Below are positions 58,463 to 64,000 of a stretch of 64,000 bases of DNA, one piece after another. Numbering within the stretch: the first letter of the stretch is position 1; each line of letters begins with the position of its first letter. Position numbers and translations under genes: made by a program. The notes beneath the pieces are model-generated. The model saw only the letters and a list, made by a program, of their open reading frames with translations, made no database searches and was not told where the DNA came from. The DNA comes from Candidatus Bathyarchaeota archaeon (GTDB lineage Archaea > Thermoproteota > Bathyarchaeia > Bathyarchaeales > Bathycorpusculaceae): NCBI GenBank assembly GCA_963707955.1, contig OY970176.1, forward strand, positions 704,001-768,000. Direction: 5' to 3'.

Positions 58463-59728
58463 TTGAAGCGCAGTGGACACCCCGTAGAACCCGTGAATGT
58501 TTTAGATAAAAAGCGTAAGGAAAGAGTGATTTCAAGTGCAGACCACCGAGTGCTAGGGCAACAGTTGGATCTGTTTTCGATAAGCGAGGACGTTGGATCT
58601 GGATTGGTGCTGTGGCATCCGAACGGCACCATCGTCCGCAACTTGATCAGAGACTACTGGGAGAGTGAACATCTGCAGAACGGCTATCAGCTCGTGTGCA
58701 CGCCGCACATTGCACGTAGAGAACTGTGGCAAGTCTCGGGACACTTGGATTATTACAAGGACAACATGTACGTGTTTGAAAAGGACATGGAAGGCTACGT
58801 TGTTAAGCCAATGAACTGCCCACTTCACATCGCGATCTACAAGAGCAAGCGAAGAAGCTACAGAGAACTGCCTATTCGCTACGCCGAGTGGGGAACGGTG
58901 TACAGATACGAGCGCTCAGGAACGCTGCAGGGACTGCTACGAGTGAGAGGGTTCACACAGGACGACGCGCACATCTTCTGCACGGCCGAACAGGTCACAC
59001 AGGAAATCCTAAACCTGCTCGACTTCACAAGGCACGTGATGCAAAGGTTTGGCTTCGAGAAACACCGCGTCTACCTTTCGACCCGCGACCCAGAACATCC
59101 CGAGAGGTACATGGGCTCAAGCAAGGAATGGACCGATGCCCAGAATGCTCTCGCAAAAGCACTGGAAAAGAAGCAAATCGCTTACAAGGAGATGCCCGGC
59201 GAAGCCGTGTTCTACGGACCGAAGATAGACATGAACATCGTCGACGCAGCAGACAAGGAGTGGCAGTGCACGACTTTGCAGTTTGATTTCAACCTTCCCA
59301 AGCGGTTCAACGTTACCTACGTCGGCGCAGACAACAAGCAACACGGAGTCATAATGATTCACAGGGTGCTACTTGGTTCTGTTGAAAGGTTCTTCGCGAT
59401 ACTGTTGGAGCACTTTGGCGGCAGCCTGCCAGCTTGGCTTGCACCCGTTCAGGTTGAGGTTATCCCCGTGACAGACGATTGCCTAGAGTATGCTGGCGCA
59501 GTTTGTGCGGAGCTAAGGGCTCGCCAGGTGAGGGCAGAGGTTGACGAAAGTCCTACCACTGTTGGCTACAAGATCAGGACCGCGGAGGTTCGAAAGGTTC
59601 CCTACATGGCCATAGTCGGCAAACGCGAAGTCGAAGAGCAAAAGGTGTCGGTCAGGAAACACGGGACAGGAAAAGTCGGCTCAATGACTGCTGGCGAACT
59701 GGCCACACACATCAGAAGAATCGAGTGA
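58463..59728 (+). CDS. thrS: Threonyl-tRNA synthetase, bacterial-type catalytic and anticodon domains, no editing domain
   Basis: DHRVLG, KPMNCP.H, YRYERSG.L.GLLRVRGFTQDDAH, FYGPKID, IHR...GSVERF, WLAPVQ. Confidence 0.95.
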   Translation: MKRSGHPVEPVNVLDKKRKERVISSADHRVLGQQLDLFSISEDVGSGLVLWHPNGTIVRNLIRDYWESEHLQNGYQLVCTPHIARRELWQVSGHLDYYKDNMYVFEKDMEGYVVKPMNCPLHIAIYKSKRRSYRELPIRYAEWGTVYRYERSGTLQGLLRVRGFTQDDAHIFCTAEQVTQEILNLLDFTRHVMQRFGFEKHRVYLSTRDPEHPERYMGSSKEWTDAQNALAKALEKKQIAYKEMPGEAVFYGPKIDMNIVDAADKEWQCTTLQFDFNLPKRFNVTYVGADNKQHGVIMIHRVLLGSVERFFAILLEHFGGSLPAWLAPVQVEVIPVTDDCLEYAGAVCAELRARQVRAEVDESPTTVGYKIRTAEVRKVPYMAIVGKREVEEQKVSVRKHGTGKVGSMTAGELATHIRRIE

Positions 59729-59754
59729 CGGCCCTGAGGGCCCTTGATGATTGG

Positions 59755-60219
59755 TCAAAGCCTATTGATCTCTTCGATCGCCCTCAGAACTTCTTCGGAG
59801 TGTTGCTTCACGTCGACCTTGGGGAAAATGCGAGCGATCTTTCCCTCTTTGTTTATTATGAAGGTGACCCTTTTTGCTATGAACCCTCCGAATCCGAGGA
59901 CGCCGTAGGCTTTGGCAACTTCCTTTTTGCTGTCGCTCAGTATGTCAAAGGGAAGGTTGTATTTTTGTGAGAACCTCTCATGCGATTCTACGCTGTCAAC
60001 GCTGACCCCGATCACGATGGCGCCCTTTTCTTCGAAAGGCTTGTAGTTATCCCTGAAGGTGCATGCTTCAGTCGTGCAACCGGGCGTAAAGTCTTTTGGA
60101 TAGAAGTACAGAACCACGACGTTTTTTCCGAGGAAGTCTTTTAGACTCACCGGTCGACCCTTTTCGTCCAACAGAGAGAAGTCTGGGGCTGTGTCGCCAA
60201 CTTTCAGCTCAGTCAACAA
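59755..60219 (-). CDS. bcp: Peroxiredoxin Bcp/PrxQ
   Basis: YFYPKDFTPGCTTEAC. Confidence 0.95.
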   Translation of the reverse strand: MLTELKVGDTAPDFSLLDEKGRPVSLKDFLGKNVVVLYFYPKDFTPGCTTEACTFRDNYKPFEEKGAIVIGVSVDSVESHERFSQKYNLPFDILSDSKKEVAKAYGVLGFGGFIAKRVTFIINKEGKIARIFPKVDVKQHSEEVLRAIEEINRL

Positions 60220-60419
60220 GTTCTACCTCAGTGAAACAGTGTCTCGTTTACAGATTTAGGTTTTCTGGCTTCCCGTTGGTGAATTCTTGTCGATTTGTCC
60301 TTCCTTCTGTGATCGACCTTCCTTTAGCGCGCGCAGGTTTTTGGGTGGGTATTTTGGTGGTTGCTGTGTAATTCTAATATAGCAATTCGTTCCAAGGTAT
60401 GTGCGGGTTGTGAATTCGT

Positions 60420-60893
60420 ATGGTGACGTTGACTGATTGGGCTGCGATTCTTTCAGCCTTGGCCGGTGTGTCTGCAACGGTGTTTATTCTTCTTCAGCTT
60501 AGGCACATGGAGCAGCATAGAAACCTTGAGGTTTCTATGAAGTTGTTCGAGTGGGCGGAGAGCGAGAGACTTCGTAAAGCTTTCAGGTGGATCGAGGAGG
60601 AGTTTCAGTTTGAGAATTACGAGAAGTACAAGGCTGAAGAAGCCAAGAGTTTCGAAGTGAGCGACTATCCCTATGAGGTTGAAGCCTATTTTGAGGAGGT
60701 TGGTTTTCTCGTCGTCAAAAAGTTCGTTGACCTTGACATAATCGTTGACCGCCTCGGCTCTTACATCATCGCGGTCTGGAAGAAGCTGGAACCATGGATT
60801 TTGGCCCTTAGAAAAGAGAGGGGGGACCAAACGTTCGGTGAACACTTCCAGAAACTGTATCAAAAAACAGTCGAATCCATGGAAGAGGGTTGA
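60420..60893 (+). CDS. DUF4760-like membrane-anchored protein
   Basis: N-terminal TM, YFEEVGFLV, W.KL.PWI..LR, EHFQKL. Confidence 0.7.
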   Translation: MVTLTDWAAILSALAGVSATVFILLQLRHMEQHRNLEVSMKLFEWAESERLRKAFRWIEEEFQFENYEKYKAEEAKSFEVSDYPYEVEAYFEEVGFLVVKKFVDLDIIVDRLGSYIIAVWKKLEPWILALRKERGDQTFGEHFQKLYQKTVESMEEG

Positions 60894-60962
60894 AAAGGAG
60901 AAGACGCGCGTGCTGAAACATATATATTTCTGTTTGCATACGCTAGAAAACTAGCCGGCTAT

Positions 60963-61520
60963 ATGGGGATTACTCAAATGGGCGAAGAGCAGGAAGAACA
61001 ACCAAAGAGCGATGAACAAATCGAATCGCTCAAAGAGGCGCTGGAAACGGAGAAAAAGCGTTCAGAAGAGTACCTTACGCAACTGAAGTATGCCCAAGCA
61101 GACATCGAGAATCTCAAGAAGAGGTTCGACCGACAAGTAGCTGAAGTGAAGGAGTACGCTAATGAACGCATAGTAATTGAACTGTTGGATGTCGTTGATG
61201 AGTTGGAGTTGGCCATCAAATCTGGCCGCTCTTCAGGCTCAACGGAAGCGCTCATCCAAGGCGTTGAGATGACCCTCAAGAAGCTCCGAAAAATCTTGGA
61301 AAACGAGGGCGTCGCGCCGATAAAGTGCATAGGTGAACCTTTCGACCCTTCAAAACACAACGCTGTTGCCAAAATTGAAAAGGAAGGCGTCGATGGGTGT
61401 AAGATAGTTGAAGAAGTGAGGAAGGGCTATACGATGAGAGAAAAGGTGATTAGACCGAGCATAGTTAAGGTTGTGGTGAAACCTTCAAAGTCACAAGAGG
61501 AGATGAATTCAAATGAGTAG
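60963..61520 (+). CDS. grpE: Nucleotide exchange factor GrpE
   Basis: [21 protein letters not shown]....VIRPS.V.V. Confidence 0.96.
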   Translation: MGITQMGEEQEEQPKSDEQIESLKEALETEKKRSEEYLTQLKYAQADIENLKKRFDRQVAEVKEYANERIVIELLDVVDELELAIKSGRSSGSTEALIQGVEMTLKKLRKILENEGVAPIKCIGEPFDPSKHNAVAKIEKEGVDGCKIVEEVRKGYTMREKVIRPSIVKVVVKPSKSQEEMNSNE

Positions 61521-63402
61521 TGTGAAACCCGGGGAAAGAATTCTGGGCATAGACTTGGGAACAACAAACTCTGCGGCCGCCATCTATGAGGGCGGAAGGG
61601 CCACTGTGATCCCTAGTGCTGAAGGGCCTACAATGGCCGGCAAGATGTTTCCTTCAGTCGTCGCGTTCACCAAGGACGGCACGCTTCTAATCGGAGAATC
61701 AGCTAAGAGGCAGGCGACGGCGAATCCTGAAGGCACGATATATGAAATAAAAAGGAAAATGGGAACTGACTACAAAGTAACCATAGCGGGGAAGGAATAC
61801 ACTCCTCAACAGATCTCTGCCTTCATACTGCAGAAGATAAAGAAAGACGCTGAAACGTACTTGGCCACAACGCTAAGGAAGGCCGTTATAACGGTCCCCG
61901 CTCACTTCAATGATAACCAACGTCAAGCCACGAAAGATGCAGGAGAGATAGCTGGCTTCGAAGTCGCGAGGATAATAAACGAGCCGACCGCAGCCTGCTT
62001 GGCCTACGGGATCGACAAGCTGGAAAAAGAGATGAAGATTCTTGTTTTCAGCTTCGGCGGCGGCACACACGACGTTACGGTTATGGATTTCGGCAAAGGA
62101 GTCTTCCAAGTGCTCTCAACAAGCGGAGACACACAGATCGGCGGCACAGACTTGGACAAAGCAGTGATGGACTTCCTTATAGAAGAGTTCCAAAGACAAA
62201 CAGGCATAGACCTCCGAGGCGACAAGATGGCAATCTCTAGGCTGAAGGAGGCTGCTGAGAAAGCAAAGATAGAGTTGTCAACTCTGATGACCACAGACAT
62301 TGACCTGCCATTCTTACACACTGATTCCTCAGGACCCAAACACCTTCACCTCACGTTGTCCAGAGCCAAACTTGAAGCCCTAGCTCAACCGATAGTCCAG
62401 AAGACGGAGCGCACAATGGTGAAAGCCCTTGAAGACGCGAAGCTTAGTCCGAAAGACGTAGACAAGATAATTCTGATCGGCGGAATGACGAGGATGCCCT
62501 ACGTTCAGCGGTTTGTAGAGCAGATAATGGGGAAACCAGCAGAAAGAGGCGTAGACCCGATGGAATGCGTTGCAATCGGCGCAGCAATACAGGGAGCCGT
62601 GCTAACAGGAGAGGTTAAAGACCTTTTGCTTCTTGACGTTACCCCACTCTCACTCGGCGTCGAAACGCTTGGCCATGTGTTCACAAGAATCATGGAGAAA
62701 AACACCACGATCCCGACGAGGCGAAGCCAAGTATTCACGACGGCAGCAGACTTCCAAACAGCTGTTACAATTCATGTTCTTCAAGGTGAACGCCAAATGG
62801 CACCTGACAACGTTTCTCTCGGCATGTTCAATTTAGAAGGCATCCCACCATCTCCAAGAGGCGTACCGCAGATCGAGGTAACGTTCGACATCGACGCGAA
62901 CGGAATACTGAACGTGACAGCAAAGGATTTGGGCACAGGCAAGGAAGCGAAAATAACGATAACAGCCTCAACGAAGCTGTCTAAAGAAGAAAAGGAGCGG
63001 CTGATCAAAGACGCGGAGCAATTTGCCGAGCAAGACAAGAGGAAACGTGAAGAAGCTGAAGCCAGAAACAACGCTGACAACATGATCTACACAGCGGAGA
63101 AAACCAAGAAAGACCTAGGAGAGAAACTCAATCAGGAGCAAAAGAACAAGATAGACGCTGCAGTTTCGGCCCTGAAAGACGCACTGGCCGGAACAGACAC
63201 GGACAAGATCAAAGCAAAATCTGAAGAACTGATGAAAGTACTCCAAGAAGTCGGAACGGTGATATATCAGCAGGCAGCTGCTGAACAGGCAAAGCAGCAG
63301 GGACAGCAAGGACAACCTGGACAACCCGGCGGAGAAGCAACTCAAGAGCCTGGCCCAAGCGGAGACAAAGTGGTCGACTCAGAGGATTACAAGGTGAAAT
63401 AG
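61513..63402 (+). CDS. dnaK: Chaperone DnaK (Hsp70)
   Basis: [41 protein letters not shown]. Confidence 0.98.
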   Translation: MSSVKPGERILGIDLGTTNSAAAIYEGGRATVIPSAEGPTMAGKMFPSVVAFTKDGTLLIGESAKRQATANPEGTIYEIKRKMGTDYKVTIAGKEYTPQQISAFILQKIKKDAETYLATTLRKAVITVPAHFNDNQRQATKDAGEIAGFEVARIINEPTAACLAYGIDKLEKEMKILVFSFGGGTHDVTVMDFGKGVFQVLSTSGDTQIGGTDLDKAVMDFLIEEFQRQTGIDLRGDKMAISRLKEAAEKAKIELSTLMTTDIDLPFLHTDSSGPKHLHLTLSRAKLEALAQPIVQKTERTMVKALEDAKLSPKDVDKIILIGGMTRMPYVQRFVEQIMGKPAERGVDPMECVAIGAAIQGAVLTGEVKDLLLLDVTPLSLGVETLGHVFTRIMEKNTTIPTRRSQVFTTAADFQTAVTIHVLQGERQMAPDNVSLGMFNLEGIPPSPRGVPQIEVTFDIDANGILNVTAKDLGTGKEAKITITASTKLSKEEKERLIKDAEQFAEQDKRKREEAEARNNADNMIYTAEKTKKDLGEKLNQEQKNKIDAAVSALKDALAGTDTDKIKAKSEELMKVLQEVGTVIYQQAAAEQAKQQGQQGQPGQPGGEATQEPGPSGDKVVDSEDYKVK

Positions 63403-63455
63403 AGTTCTAGGCCGACCTGATCTAGAACCTGCATCACTAGTCTGATGGTAAGGAG

Positions 63456-64000
63456 ATGGCCAGTAAAAGAGATTACTACGAGGTTCTCGGCGTTCCCAGA
63501 ACCGCTTCTAAAGACGAAATTAAAGATGCCTACAGAAAGCTGGCGATGCAATACCACCCAGACAGAAACAAAGCCGCCGACGCAGAGGAGAAGTTCAAGG
63601 AAATATCCGAAGCCTACGCGGTCTTATCAGACGACGAAAAGCGTACGCAGTATGATCAACTAGGCCACGCAGGTTTTGACCAACGCTACACCAGAGAGGA
63701 CATATTCAGGGGAGCAGATTTCGAGTCGATATTCAGGGACATGGGCTTCGGCTTCGGTCTGGGAGACGTTTTCCGAGTCTTCTTCGGCGGAGGAGACTTC
63801 GAGGAAAGGGTCACAAGAGGCAGAGACCTAGCATACGACCTTGACGTCACACTGGAAGAGGCAGCAAGAGGCGCCGAGAAGGAAATAGAGATCTCAAGAG
63901 CAGAAAGATGCGATGTCTGCGGTGGCAGTGGAGCGGCACCTAACACCCCGCCAAGAACCTGCCCCAGATGTAACGGGGCTGGAAGAGTACAAAGTACAAC
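63456..64000 (+). CDS. dnaJ: Chaperone DnaJ (truncated by window edge)
   Basis: [15 protein letters not shown] motif, G/F-rich region, CDVCGGSG and CPRCNGAG; not in the ORF track. Confidence 0.96.
   Translation, partial: MASKRDYYEVLGVPRTASKDEIKDAYRKLAMQYHPDRNKAADAEEKFKEISEAYAVLSDDEKRTQYDQLGHAGFDQRYTREDIFRGADFESIFRDMGFGFGLGDVFRVFFGGGDFEERVTRGRDLAYDLDVTLEEAARGAEKEIEISRAERCDVCGGSGAAPNTPPRTCPRCNGAGRVQST

Noticed and set aside
63403-63428. GTTCTAG...CTAGAAC inverted repeat between dnaK and dnaJ
   Set aside because: Short 7-bp stem; at most an ordinary intra-operon hairpin

Overview
Archaeal chromosomal segment, most likely Bathyarchaeia (TACK). This call is inferred from an archaeal 16S rRNA, Cren7, an aKMT-type methyltransferase, RadA, class II HMG-CoA reductase and grpE-dnaK-dnaJ. 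The window is mostly housekeeping and metal-handling genes: radA, Rqc2/NFACT, a stand-alone 16S rRNA with a clear bulge-helix-bulge processing stem, moaA, tldD/tldE, lhr, rnz-trm11-prs-hmgA, nikR-ECF-fmdE, thpR-cca, tupABC with a ModE-like regulator, thrC, thrS and dnaK. An accessory-looking, intergenic-rich region lies at about 10.1-16.4 kb. Most notable: (1) a perfect internal Shine-Dalgarno plus in-frame TTG inside the ModE-like gene, predicting a free 68-aa molbindin from the same ORF; (2) a dispersed ~28-bp intergenic repeat (approx. AGCGCGCATGCNTGTTCCTAAATTCGCT) often in convergent pairs, like REP doublets or MITE ends; (3) two ~110-bp direct repeats bracketing a YhbY / basic peptide / AT-hook Zn-finger / RNase H-like gene set; (4) a ~170-bp two-copy coding remnant with a shared in-frame TAG; (5) several small proteins below the ORF-track cutoff, including Cren7. 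All calls come from reading the sequence by eye, with no database searches.
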